NCBI GenBank assembly: GCA_977017645.1
Contig: OZ360225.1
Location: 118,234,001-118,298,000, forward strand
Source: Torpedo marmorata
Lineage: Eukaryota
Direction of reading: 5' to 3'
Length of the DNA: 64,000 nucleotides
Both the position numbers and the translations under genes were made by a program. Positions 47,940 to 60,589 of this stretch are shown here, piece after piece (the first letter of the stretch is position 1; the number at the start of each line of letters is the position of its first letter). The notes beneath the pieces were generated by a model. It searched no databases and was not told where the DNA came from. It saw only the letters and a program-made list of their open reading frames with translations.

Positions 47940-48893
47940 CTGAGAGAGGGAAGAAACAATTTCCATTTAAAATAAGAATTTCATAATGCAGTCAAAGGTT
48001 TGCAGTTAAATATAGTAAGTGCCACAATCACTCCTACACCAAGTACAAGTTTGAACCACAGACATTTCCCAAATTTCATCATAAATCGAAACCAGTTATC
48101 GTGATTGTGGAATGTACAAAATCTTATTCAATTAGATCCCTTGGGCTATGTCCAATCCTTCAAAGCAGATGCTGCACATGATGCAAAGAACAGGTACATT
48201 GGCAGTGGGACACATTTGGAATCAACATCCATAATGATTATAAATGTCCATTAAAGTCTTCAGATATCAGTAGAGGCAGTCATATCTCTGCTGCCTTGGC
48301 TAGTTTATTTTTTTAACAAAAATTGGAGAGAAGTTATTGCTGAAATGACAAACGGGCGCTTTGGAGAAATGTATTTAAAATAATTGGCCTCCTATTCCTG
48401 GGGCCATTTGGGATTAAAGAAGTTGGAAAGAAAATTGAGCATTTCATAAACCACATGAGTTCCAGCTCTGACAGGTTTACAAATTTATTGGACAGACTTG
48501 CATTTATTTAAGAAATTCTTGGCTCAATGCAAGGGAGGTAAACACTAAGGTATGAGAATTCTCATATCAAGGACCCCCAGACTGGGTATAAGCACAACCA
48601 GATGCAACCTAAAACTCTTTCTACTTTGCTTGCACATAGTTAAGCCACAACCTTGGAAGAGTTCCTTAGCAGAATCTAATGACGTTCCTGATGAAGGGCT
48701 CAGGCCCAAAATATTGACTGCCTTTTACTTCATATGGATGCTGTGTAATCTGCTGAATTTCTCGAGCACTTTTGTGAATTGCACCGATTGACATTCCTTT
48801 CATTTCCCACACTATCCATCCTGTGGCATGTCAGTGTGTTTCCCATTGTGGGAAATTCAGTATTATGGAGAGAACCCTCCGGATCTGCTTCAT

Positions 48894-51800
48894 TTTTTTT
48901 TTTTTTTTTTTTTAAAGATTTTATTTTAAGATTTTCAACTTTTTCACAATAATACAAAATAATGTAAAATATACATTAAACATCAGTTAAATTCGATACA
49001 TAGGAATTTCGTATTACCATGAATCTAACCCCATCTAAACCACCCTTGCTAAAACAACCCACCCTCCACCCTTCCCATCCCTTATCCCCTCCCCGTACTA
49101 GAACTAAAATAGAAAAGAGAAGGGAAAAGAACAATTGAAAATATATCTGTACATATCCATGGCTCGATGCAAGAAATTCAACAATGTTCATTCTTCAAAT
49201 TTAAACTTAAGAGAGTCAGCGGGGTCTGGGATGCAGGGCAACATATTTAAATATTCATTCCTGATAATTGGATAAATGGATGCCAAATTTGTAAAAAGAG
49301 TCCATACTTATTCCTCATATTGTATGTTATTTTTTCCAATGGGATGCAACTCTGCATCTCTGTATTCCATCTACTCATACTCAGATTTGTGTCCGATTTC
49401 CAGGTCACTGCTATACATTTCCTAGCTACTGCTAGTGCAATTTTTACGAATTTTAATTGCCATATGGATAATTTCAGTTTTGGTCTAGCTCCCTCTATAT
49501 TCCCCAATAAGAACAAGTCAGGGTTTTGAGGAAATGTAACACCTGTAACTAGTTTCAACCGGTTTCCTAACTCTGCCCAAAAATCTTTAACTTTTGAACA
49601 TGACCACGTTGAGTGTAAGAATGTTCCTTCTTCTTCTCCACATCTAAAACATCTATTTGGTATTGTAGAATTCATCTTGTTCAGTTTTTGTGGTGTGAAG
49701 TATATTTGGTGTAAGAAGTTATATTGTACCAGTCTATATCTTACATTAACAGTATTAGTCATACTATCTAAGCATAGATCCGACCATCTTTTTTCATCAA
49801 TTATAATATTAAGATCTTGTTCCCATCTTTGTCTGGACTTATGAAGTCCTCGTTTTTGAGCTCCCTTCTGTAACAAAGAATATATTATAGAAGTAAATTT
49901 CTTAATGTTTCCTTTCCTAATAATAGTTTCTACCTCGCTGCATTCTTGTAACAACATGTCTGGACCTAATTTTCCTCTTAAATAAGCTGTTAGTTGAAGA
50001 TAGCAAAAAAATGTATTTCTAGGTATTCCGTATTTATTCTGTAATTGTATGAATGACATCATTTGATTTCCTTCGTAACAATCTTCTATTTTCTTTATTC
50101 CTTTTAATGACCATGTATTTAAAAAAGGGTTATCTTTTGTAAATGGTATCAGATTGTTCTGTATCAATGGCATTTTAGGTGATACATTTCCTTTTAATCC
50201 TATATCGTCATTAACCTTATTCCAAGCATTAATCAAATGTTTTAATAGCGGTGTTTCTTTAACACCTGTCAACAGTTTTGAATTCCATTTATATATAAAT
50301 TCTTGTGACTTCTTCTCTCCTATTTCTCCAAGCTCTATTCCAACCCACGCAGGTCTTTCTTCAGATTCAAAAAAAGAAGCAATAAAACGCATCTGTGCCG
50401 CTCTATAGTAGTTCTTAAAATTAGGGAGTTGTAAACCTCCCAATTCATATTTCCATGTTAAACGTTCCATCGAAACTCTTGACATTTTTCCTTTCCATAA
50501 AAACTTTCGCACCTGTTTATTTCAGTCTTGAAAGAATACCTGTGGTAGTGAAATAGGTATAGTCTGATACAGGTACTGTATCCTTGGAAATATATTCATC
50601 TTAATACAATTAACTCTTCCTATCAATGTGATTGGCAGATTAATCCATTTCTCTAGATCCTCCTTAATCTTATTAAGCAATGGTACATAGTTCCACTTGT
50701 ATAAATTCTTTAATTTATTATCTGTCCGGACCCCTAGGTATTTTATTCCATTATGTGGCCATTTAAACTGGGTACTTCTTTTGCATACAGCGTAATCTCC
50801 TTCTGTAAGAGGCATAACTTCACTTTTATCCCAATTTATCTTATATCCAGAAACTTTTCCATATTCCTCCAGCTTAAAATGTAGTTTTTGCAAAGAGGTC
50901 TCAGGTTCGGTCAAGTATATTAATACGTCATCCGCGAATAGACTTATTTTATGTCGCTCTTGACCAACTGTAAATCCTTTAATTTCCACATCACTTCTAA
51001 TCGCTTCTGCCAACGGTTCTATCGCTAGTACAAATAAAGCTGGTGACAATGGGCACCCTTGTCGACTAGATCTTGTTAAGTAAAAGGGGGTTGATAATTG
51101 TCCATTTGTCACTACTTTGGCTTTTGGGGCATTATATAACGCTTTAATCCAATCTATGTACGTCTTCCCAAACCCGAATTTTTCCAAAACTTTAAATAAA
51201 AAGTCCCACTCTAACCTATCGAAAGCTTTTTCTGCATCCAGTGCCACTGCTACACTTCGTACTTTCCTTTTTTGAGCTAAATACATAATACTGAGTAATC
51301 TTGCTACGTTATCTGCTGCTTGTCTTTTTTTTATGAAGCCTGTTTGGTCCATATTTACTAACTTTGGCAGAAATTTTGTTATCCTATTTGCCAGGATCTT
51401 TGCTACAATTTTATAATCTGTGTTCAGTAATGAAATTGGTCTATAGGACGAGGGTTTCAATGGATCTCTATTTTTTTTTGGTATTACTGTAATTATTGCA
51501 GTTGAGAAGGACTCTGGAAGTGTATGGGTCACTGATGCTTGTTGTAACATATCCATAAAAATGGGAGTCAATAATTCCTTGAATTCTTTATAAAACTCTG
51601 GTGGAAAACCATCCTCTCCCGGTGCTTTGTTACTTTGTAGTGAGCTAATTGCATCCTTTACTTCCCTTTGTGTAATCTGTGTGCTTAAATCTAGACGCTC
51701 TTGTACATTTAATGTTGGCAAATTTATCTGAGATAAATAATTATCAATTTTTCTATCATCTTGTAATGATTCTGATTTGTATAGATCAGAATAGAACTTC

Positions 51801-52940
51801 CTAAAAGAATCATTTATTGTTTGGGGTTTATAACTAATGACATCGGACTCTGTTTTAATTGCATTGATTGTTCTAGATGCCTGCTCCGTTTTTAATTGCC
51901 ATGCTAATACTTTATGTGCACGTTCGCCTAGCTCATAGTATCTTTGTTTCGTTCTTATAATGGTTTTTTCCGTTCTATAAGTCTGTAACATATTATACTG
52001 TAACTTTTTATTAGTTAATTGCCTACTTTTATCTGTAGAACTCCTCTTTTGCAAGTCTTTTTCTAAAATCGTTATCTCTTTTTCTAATTTATCTATTTCT
52101 TTCATATAATCTTTTTTAATCTTTGAAGAGTAGCTTATAATTTGACCTCTTAAAAATACTTTTAAAGTTTCCCATATTACAAATTTATCAGTCACTGAAT
52201 TTAGATTTGTTTCACAAAATATCTGAATTTGCCTCTTTATAAAATCACAGAAGTCTGTTCTTTTTAATAACATAGGGTTTAGTCTCCATCTATATATCGA
52301 TTTCTCTTTATCAGGTACTGTCACTGTCATCAGTAAAGGAGAATGATCAGACAGGATTCTAGCCTTATAATCTATTTCCAAAATTCTATCTTGTATTTGA
52401 GCTGAGGCTAAAAATAAATCGATTCTAGAATAAGTATCATGTCTAGTAGAATAAAATGAGAAATCTTTATCTCTAGGGTGAATTCTCCTCCACGCGTCAA
52501 TCAAATTTAAATCCTTCATTAACACCAACGTGGCTTTCGCTGCTTTAGTTCTCCTTCCTCCTCTTGTAGATTTGTCCAGACCCGGATCTAAACAAAAGTT
52601 GAAATCTCCCCCAATTATGATATTTTCATGCGCTTCCGCTATATTGAGAAAGGTCTCTTGAATAAATTTATCATCATCTGTATTAGGAGCATATATATTC
52701 AAAAATGTCCAAAATTCAGAGAATATCTGGCAATTAATCATTACATATCTTCCTGCGGGGTCTGATACAACATTTTGTATCTTAATTGGAAGATTCTTTT
52801 TTATTAAAATTGCCACACCCCTTGCCTTGCTGTTAAATGAAGATGCCCTTACATATCCCACCCAATCTCTTTTTAATTTCAAATGTTCCTTCTCTGTTAA
52901 ATGTGTCTCTTGCAGAAAAGCTACATCCACACCCAGTTTT
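48894..52940 (-). mobile_element. L1-clade LINE (family C), nearly whole ORF2 with one frameshift (~50520)
   Basis: ORFs 50522..52969 and 49247..50512 (LQETH, GGDFN, SDHSP, FADD, CFRC..H..WSC); poly-A tail; 14-bp TSD cggatctgcttcat at 48880-48893 and 52941-52954. Confidence 0.95.
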
Positions 52941-53385
52941 CGGATCTGCTTCATGTAGGCTTTCTTCAACTAAATGGTCTTGGCTGGATTTCAATTTATC
53001 CAAGATCTTGCAAATGAAAATAATAAGCATTGTAGCCAATGATTGGAAAAAAAAAAAAGTTTGTGAGCGAGTAGTTGATTTACCAAGATGCACAAGATTT
53101 TGCAACATTGTGTGACGTGCTGGATGGATCAGAGGGTTTTCACCTGCATTGTATTATTCATAGGTTTGTATTAGTCAACGGACACAATCAATAATATGAA
53201 ATCTCACAATTTGACACATTGTAGATAATAAGACCATAAGACATAGGAGCAGAAATAGGCTATTCAGCCCATCGAGTTAGCTTGCCATTTAATCATGAGC
53301 TGATCCATTTTCTCACCCAGCCCCTGGGCCTGGCCTTCTCCCCATAACCTTTGATGCACTGGCTAATCAAGAACTTATCAATCTC

Positions 53386-56300
53386 AGCAGAATAAGAGGG
53401 ACACGCTGGTGGATCTGATTGACAGGGAATGATTATTATTTGATTATGGGGGATTCTAAAAGTATAAATTTAGTAAGTATTAATATAAATGGGCTTAATA
53501 ATCCAATTAAAAGGAAAAGAACTTTGACATATATAAAAAAACTGAAGGTTGATATAGCTTTTTTACAAGAAACTCACCTGACAGATGTTGAACATCAGAA
53601 ATTGAAAAGGGATTGGGTAGGACATGTTATAGCTTCATCATTTAATTCTAGAGCTAGGGGAGTTGCTATTTTAGTTAATAAAAAGTTACCTTTTAAGATA
53701 CAATCGACAGTGATTGATACGGCAGGAAGATATGTTTTGGTATACTGTCAAATTTATTCAGAATTTTGGACTCTTATGAATTTGTATGTGTCAAATCATG
53801 ATGATGAACAATTTATTCAAGACGCTTTTTTACATCTATCAGATGCTAAAGAGAATATTTTAATTGGCGGAGATTTTAATTGTTGTTTAAATCCAATAAT
53901 GGATAAAACTTCTAAAACATCGGTTAGACCAAAAATAGTTAAAAAGATAGTTAATTTGATGGAGGATTTAAATTTGGTGGATATTTGGAGAAAATTGAAA
54001 CCTAGAGAGAAAGATTATTCATTTTATTCATTCAGACATAATTCTTTTTCTAGGATAGATTTATTCCTATTATCTTCACAACTTCAAGATAGAATAACAC
54101 AGATATCCTATAAAGCAAGAATAATTTCAGATCATTCACCTTTATTAATGACATGTATAATCCCAGAGAAAGAAAAAACTACATATAACTGGAGATTTGA
54201 TTCTTTTTTATTGAAAAGAAAGGATTTTTGTGAATATATGAGACGAGAAATTCAGGAATTTTTAAGAGTAAATAATAATTCGGTAAATGATAAATTTATG
54301 GTATGGGAGGCTCTGAAAGCTTATCTAAGAGGTTTAATAATAAGTTTTTCAGCAAAGATAAAAAAAGATTATTCGAAAGAAGAAGAAAAATTAGAGAAGG
54401 AGATTGAATTCATGGAAAAGGATTTACAGAGAAATAAGTCTATTCTTAAGAGAAATCGTTTAGTAAGGAGGAAATTACATTATAATTTATTGCAAACACG
54501 TAAGACTGAAAAGTTGATAGTAAGAACAAAACAAAGATATTATGAATTAGGGGAAAAGGCTCATAAGGTTTTGTCATGGCAATTGAAAAAAGAGCAAGTT
54601 TCTAAAACAATTAATGCTATAAGGAAGAGAAATACTGGGGAAATAACTTATAAGCCACAAGAAATAAATGAATCTTTTAAAGAATATTATCAGAATTTAT
54701 ATAGATCTGAGATTGATCATGATGATATGAAGATCAATAGATTTTTATCTAAAATTACTTTACCTAAATTGAATGTTCAAAGTAAATATTCTTTGGATTT
54801 ACCTTTTACGATGAGAGAAGTTATTGAAGCAATATCGACGTTGAAAAGTGGTAAATCTCCAGGTGACGATGGATTTCCAGTAGAATTTTATAAAGAATTT
54901 AAAGATTTATTGATACCTTTATATATGGAGGGATTGAATCAAGTTATGGAAACCCATTTATTACCGAAGACATTTTTAAATGCTATTATTACGGTTATAC
55001 CAAAGAAAGATAGAGATGTGTTGAAAACAGAGTCTTATAGGCCTATTTCATTGTTAAATGTAGATTATAAGATAATGGCGAAAATTTTAGCAAATAGATT
55101 AGCTAAATATTTACCAAATTTAATACATTCAGATCAAGCTGGATTTATTAAAAATAGATATTCGAAAGATAATATAGCTAGACTGATAAGTTTGATTAAT
55201 GTATATAAGAAGAAACAAGATTTACCATTGGTGGTAACATTGGATGCAGAGAAGGCATTTGATAGAGTAGAGTGGAATTTTTTATTTAAAGTTTTGGAAA
55301 AATTCGGATTTGGAGATAATTTTATAAATTGGATCAAAACTATATATAAAGAACCAACGGCTAAAGTAGTTACAAATGGACAAATATCGCAAAAATTTTT
55401 ATTATCAAGATCAACACGACAGGGATGCCCTTTGTCACCTGCTTTGTTTGTGTTGGTAATAGAACCTTTAGCTGAAATGATTAGAGAAGATATAAATATA
55501 ATGGGAATAAAGGTCGGTAGGGAAGAACATAAGATTAGTTTGTTTGCAGATGATGTATTAATATATATGACGAAATCTGTTGCATCACTTCAACAATTGG
55601 CTACTATATTGACAGAATATGGTGAGATATCAGGATATAAAATTAATTCAGATAAAAGTGAGATTTTGGCTTTATCTCAAGGGGATTATACTAGATGTAA
55701 AGAAGTTACGGACTTTAAATGGACTACAGAGAGTATAAAATATTTGGGAGTTAAAGTGGATACAAAATTAGAAAATTTGTATAAATTAAATTATATACCT
55801 TTATTTATGAAAATAAAAAAAGATTTAGAGCTTTGGAAAGATTTACCTATAACTTTGATGGGAAGAGTAAATTGTATTAAAATGAATGTTTTTCCAAGAA
55901 TTCAACATCTTTTTCAATCGATTCCTTATGGTATTCCAAATAAATTTTTTAAAGATTTAAAATTTGTTATTAGGAAATTTTTATGGAAAGGAAAGTTGGC
56001 AAGAGTAAGTATAGATAAATTAACATGGAATTATGAGATGGGAGGGTTACAACTTCCCAATTTTCAGTATTATTATAAAGTAGCTCAATTAAAGTTTATT
56101 AATGAATTTTTTGATTTAAATAAATCTTCTGCTTGGATTAATATAGAATTGAATAATATAGGAGAAATACATAAAGAAGATATTATTTATAAATGGAATT
56201 CTAAATTATTATCACTTAAAAAGAAAAATACACCAATTATTAAACATCTGTTGGAAGTTTGGTCACAGGTAGACAAAGAGATAGGTCGAAAAGGATTAAT

Positions 56301-57522
56301 TTCTTTAAATACACCAATATATCAAAATCCGCTTTTACCATTTTCTATTGATAACCAGTTACTTAAGTTATGGTATCAAAAGGGAATTAAGACTTTAAAA
56401 GACTGTTTTGAAGCCGGTAGATTTATTACCTTTCAGAGGTTAAAAGAAAAATTTAATATATTAGATAATACAATGTTAGTTTATTTTCAAGTTAAAGCTT
56501 TTTTGACCGAGAGATTAGGGAATGAGTTAATAGCACCAAGACAAAATGAATTGGAATTGTTAATTACTAAAGTTAATGTTAATAAGTTTATATCACAAAT
56601 GTATAAATTGTTTCAAAGGAAGATGTCTAAAGTAGGAGTGCATAAATCTAGATTAAAATGGGAATTAGATTTAAATGTTAATATAGATGAAAATCATTGG
56701 AGAGATTTATGTAAATTAAGTATGACTAAAGTTATTAATGTGAGATATAGATTAGTACAACATAATTTTTTTCATCAATTATATTTAACACCTAAAAAAC
56801 TGAAGAAATTTAATCCAGCGTTATCAGATATGTGTTTTAGATGTAAAACTGAAATAGGTTCTTTTGTAAACTGTACATGGTCATGTCCAAAAATTCAAGA
56901 CTTTTGGTTGAAAGTTAAGAATTTTTTAGAAAGAATTCTTAATGTTGAAGTTATAATGGATCCTATGTTATTTTTATTTGGAGATATTAAAAAATTTAGT
57001 ATTAGAAATAGATTAAATATGTATCAAGTAGAATTTTTACGTATAGTATTAGCAGTTTCGAAAAAGTGTATAGCTATTACTTGGAAATCGGATGTTGATT
57101 TAAATTTAGAGAGATGGCATTCAGAGTTACGTTCATGTATACCATTAGAAAAAATTACTTATAATTTACGAAATAAATATCATTCTTTTTTGAAAATTTG
57201 GGGCCCATATATGAGGATTATGGGTCTAACACTGTAAATTCTCTAGATATCAGATCCGCTGGCGAAAATAACCTCTAAGGTATATTAGTTTTTAAGTTTA
57301 TTGACTCCTCATTCTATTTTTCTATCTTTCCTTTTTCTTTTTCATTTTCTTCTTTTTATTATTTTATTTTAAATTTAGAATAGGGGGATATAGGGGCTAG
57401 GGAGGGGAGGGTGGGAAGGGGGGGAGAAAATGTATATCACATGTATTTTTGAAATATATGCAAAATTATTTTATGTATTCTGTGATTTAAAAATTTAAAT
57501 AAAATATTAAAAAATAAAAAAA
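53386..57522 (+). mobile_element. L1-clade LINE (family A), 5'-truncated just upstream of ORF2
   Basis: 17-bp TSD aagaacttatcaatctc at 53369-53385 and 57523-57539; G-rich 3' UTR, AATAAA, A tail. Confidence 0.96.
53446..57237 (+). CDS. Uninterrupted L1 ORF2 (1263 aa): APE endonuclease, reverse transcriptase, C-terminal Cys-rich domain
   Basis: First ATG at 53446 within ORF 53419..57237; NINGLN, LQETH, GGDFN, SDHSP, YRPISLLN, QGCPLSP, FADD. Confidence 0.93.
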   Translation: MGDSKSINLVSININGLNNPIKRKRTLTYIKKLKVDIAFLQETHLTDVEHQKLKRDWVGHVIASSFNSRARGVAILVNKKLPFKIQSTVIDTAGRYVLVYCQIYSEFWTLMNLYVSNHDDEQFIQDAFLHLSDAKENILIGGDFNCCLNPIMDKTSKTSVRPKIVKKIVNLMEDLNLVDIWRKLKPREKDYSFYSFRHNSFSRIDLFLLSSQLQDRITQISYKARIISDHSPLLMTCIIPEKEKTTYNWRFDSFLLKRKDFCEYMRREIQEFLRVNNNSVNDKFMVWEALKAYLRGLIISFSAKIKKDYSKEEEKLEKEIEFMEKDLQRNKSILKRNRLVRRKLHYNLLQTRKTEKLIVRTKQRYYELGEKAHKVLSWQLKKEQVSKTINAIRKRNTGEITYKPQEINESFKEYYQNLYRSEIDHDDMKINRFLSKITLPKLNVQSKYSLDLPFTMREVIEAISTLKSGKSPGDDGFPVEFYKEFKDLLIPLYMEGLNQVMETHLLPKTFLNAIITVIPKKDRDVLKTESYRPISLLNVDYKIMAKILANRLAKYLPNLIHSDQAGFIKNRYSKDNIARLISLINVYKKKQDLPLVVTLDAEKAFDRVEWNFLFKVLEKFGFGDNFINWIKTIYKEPTAKVVTNGQISQKFLLSRSTRQGCPLSPALFVLVIEPLAEMIREDINIMGIKVGREEHKISLFADDVLIYMTKSVASLQQLATILTEYGEISGYKINSDKSEILALSQGDYTRCKEVTDFKWTTESIKYLGVKVDTKLENLYKLNYIPLFMKIKKDLELWKDLPITLMGRVNCIKMNVFPRIQHLFQSIPYGIPNKFFKDLKFVIRKFLWKGKLARVSIDKLTWNYEMGGLQLPNFQYYYKVAQLKFINEFFDLNKSSAWINIELNNIGEIHKEDIIYKWNSKLLSLKKKNTPIIKHLLEVWSQVDKEIGRKGLISLNTPIYQNPLLPFSIDNQLLKLWYQKGIKTLKDCFEAGRFITFQRLKEKFNILDNTMLVYFQVKAFLTERLGNELIAPRQNELELLITKVNVNKFISQMYKLFQRKMSKVGVHKSRLKWELDLNVNIDENHWRDLCKLSMTKVINVRYRLVQHNFFHQLYLTPKKLKKFNPALSDMCFRCKTEIGSFVNCTWSCPKIQDFWLKVKNFLERILNVEVIMDPMLFLFGDIKKFSIRNRLNMYQVEFLRIVLAVSKKCIAITWKSDVDLNLERWHSELRSCIPLEKITYNLRNKYHSFLKIWGPYMRIMGLTL

Positions 57523-58704
57523 AAGAACTTATCAATCTCTGTCTTAAATACACCCAATGACCTGGCCTCCACAACGGTCTGTGGCAACAAATTCCACAGA
57601 CTGACCACCCTCTGGCTACAGAAATTCCTCCGCATCTCTGTTCAAAGCGGACGCCCTTTAGACCTGAAGTTGCGCCCTCTTGTCCTGGACTCTTCCACCA
57701 TGGGAACAACCTTTCCACATCTACTCTGTCCATGCCTTTCAACATTCAAAATGTTTCAGTGATATCCCCCCTCATTCTCCTAAATTCCGAGTACAGGCCA
57801 AGAGCTGTCAAACGTTCCTCATAAGATAAAGGGTCATTCGTGGAATCATCCTTGTGAACCTCTTCTGAACACTCTCCAATATCAGCACATCCTTTCTTAA
57901 ATGAGGAGCCCTGCTCACAATACTCCGTGAGGTCTTACCAGTGCCTTATAAAGCCTCAACATCACATCCCTGCTCTTGTTTTCTATTCCTCTTGAAATGA
58001 ATGCCAGCATTGCATTTTCCTTCTTCACCACCAACTCAACTTGCAAGTTCACCTTCAGGCTATCCTGCACGAAGACTCCCAGGTCCCTTTGCAACTGGGT
58101 ATTTTGAATTTTCTCCCTATTTAAAAAAATAGTCTGTCAGTTTATTTTTTCTACCAAAGCATGACCATACACTTCTGACATTGTATTTCATTTGTCACTT
58201 CTCTGCCCACTTTCCTAATCTAAGTCTTTCTGCAGCCTCTCCGTTTCCTCAACACTACCTGCTTCTCCACCTACCTTTGTAACATCTGAATACTTGGCCA
58301 CAAAGCCATTCATTCTATAATTATATCATTGATGTACAACATAAAAAGAAGCGGCCCCAGCACTGATCCCTGTGGAACACCACTAGCAACTGGTAACCAA
58401 GCAGAATATGATCCCTGTATTCTGAATGTTTGCTTCCTGCCAATCAGCCATTGCTCTACTCACACTAGTATGTTTCCTGTTATACCATGGGCTCTTACCT
58501 TGTTAAGTAGCCTCATGTGCGGCACCTTGTCTAAGGCTTTCTGAAAATACAAACACACACCATCCATTGCATCTCCTTTATCTCGCCTGCTTGTCACTTC
58601 TTCAAAGAATTCCAAAAGGTTTGTTAAGCAAGATTTTCCCTTCATAGATGAAGTTAATTCCAGATGTTTGAATTTCGATTTCATTACACAATAAAGCCTG
58701 TAAA

Positions 58705-60243
58705 TTCAAGTTCTAGTTCAAATTTATTGTCAGAGTACATACATGACATCACATGCAACCCTGAGATTCTTTTTCCTGTGGGCCAGGCAGAATTTCTACT
58801 TATCGTTAACTGTAAACCATACTCAAGAAAAATATACATATACAAAATAGAGAAATGTAAACAAAGAAATGACTTTACAAATGCAGAAAAAATAAATATT
58901 CAATAATAAATAATGTCAGAAGCAAGAGTCCTTAAATGAGTGAGTTGGTTGTTTAGGAGTCTGATGGTGGAGGGCTAGCAGCTGTTCCTGAGCCTGGTGG
59001 TATGAGTCTTGTGGCACCTATACCTCTTTCCTGATGGCAACAGCGAGAACAGAGCATGTCCTGGGTGGTGTGGATCCTTGATGATTGCTGCTGCTCTCTG
59101 ACTGCAGCATTCTATGTAGATTTTCTCGATGGTGGGGAGTTTTGCCTGTGACGTACAGTACTACCTTTTGCAGGGCTTTCCGCTCAGAGGTATTGGTACC
59201 CTCATACCAAGCCATGATGCAGCCGATCAGCACACTTTCCACTACACATTTGTAAAAGTTTGCCATGGTTTCCGATGTCATACCAAACCTCCACAAACTC
59301 CTGAGGAAGTAGAAGTACTGACGTGCTTTCTTCACGATAACATTAGTATGTCGGTTAATATAAGTCCTCCGAGATAGTAACTCCTAGGAATTTAAATTTA
59401 CTCACCCTCTCCACCTCTGATGCCCCAATGATCATTGACCTTTAGTTTTCCCTTCCTAAAGTCCACAATCAGCTCCTTGGTTTTGGTGACAATGAGTGAG
59501 AGGTTGTTGTTAGTACACCATTCAGCCAAGTTTTCAATCTCCCTCCTGTATGCTGACTCATCACGCCTTTTTATACAGCTCACTGCTGTGGCATAGAACA
59601 CTACAGCACAGTACAGGCCCTTCGGCCCTCGATGTTGTACCGACCCATATATTCCTTATAAAAAAGTACTAAACTCTCCCTACCCCGTAACGCTCTATTT
59701 TTCTTCCATCCATGTGCCTGTCTCAGAGTCTCTTAAATGCCCCTAATGTTTCAGCCTTCACCACCATCCCCGGCAAGTTTGTAGATTGTGTTGTCGTACT
59801 GAGTCACGCAGTCGTAGGTGTAAAATGAGTAGAGCAGGGGGCTTAGTATGCAGCCTTGTGGTGCTCCGGTGATGATGGAGATTGTGGTGATGTTCTTGCC
59901 AATCTGCACTGATTGGGGTATGGAGTTGAGGAAATCCAGGATCCAATTACACAGTAGGATATTGAGGCCCAAGTCTTGGAGTTTGCTGATCAGTTTTGAT
60001 GGGATGATGGTGTTGAATGCCGAACTGAAGTCAATAAAGAGCATCCTGATGTATGTGTCTTTGCTGTCCAGGTGTTCCAGGGTTTTGTGTAAAGCCAGTG
60101 AGATGGCTTCAAGTTCGTTTATCATACAGATGGCATCTGCCGTACACCTGTTGCTGAAGTAGGCAAATTGGAACAGGTCCATGTTGCCGCTCAGGGAGGA
60201 GTTAATAGGCTTCAACACCAGCCTCTCAAACACTTCATCACTG
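58705..60243 (-). mobile_element. Rex1/Babar LINE RT and 3' end, interrupted (~59613-59770) by a CR1-tail fragment
   Basis: ORFs 59751..60233 ([32 protein letters not shown]), 59398..59601, 59018..59335; insertion falls at the ADD motif. Confidence 0.88.
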
Positions 60244-60589
60244 TGCCTGAAACATTGGTTATATATCTTTACCTCCTATGGACACTGCGAGGCCTGCTGA
60301 GTTCTTCCAGCATTTTTGTGTTTTTATGACAATCACAGCGTCTGCAGACTTTCGAGTTTCACTCTAATCTGATATTAAAATCTGAATATATATTTGCCAA
60401 TCTGCTCAAATTCTTATATATGCAATGTACATGTGCTCTATATTTTAAATTATGATTATGGCAAAAATGTTAAGTGTGCATTCTTTTTGCTATGTTAATA
60501 AATACCCACAAATGACAAAAAATATGGAAACTGGTATTTCAAAATTAATTGAAAACTGTTGATTAAAAATTGGGATGGATTTGCATTTA

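Larger units (their letters stand above)
53222..58643 (-). mobile_element. CR1 LINE fragment split by an L1 (53222-53385 and 57523-58643)
   Basis: KSCLTNLLEFFEEVT...FQKALDKVPHMRLL peptide; sequence is continuous across the L1 TSD. Confidence 0.85.
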
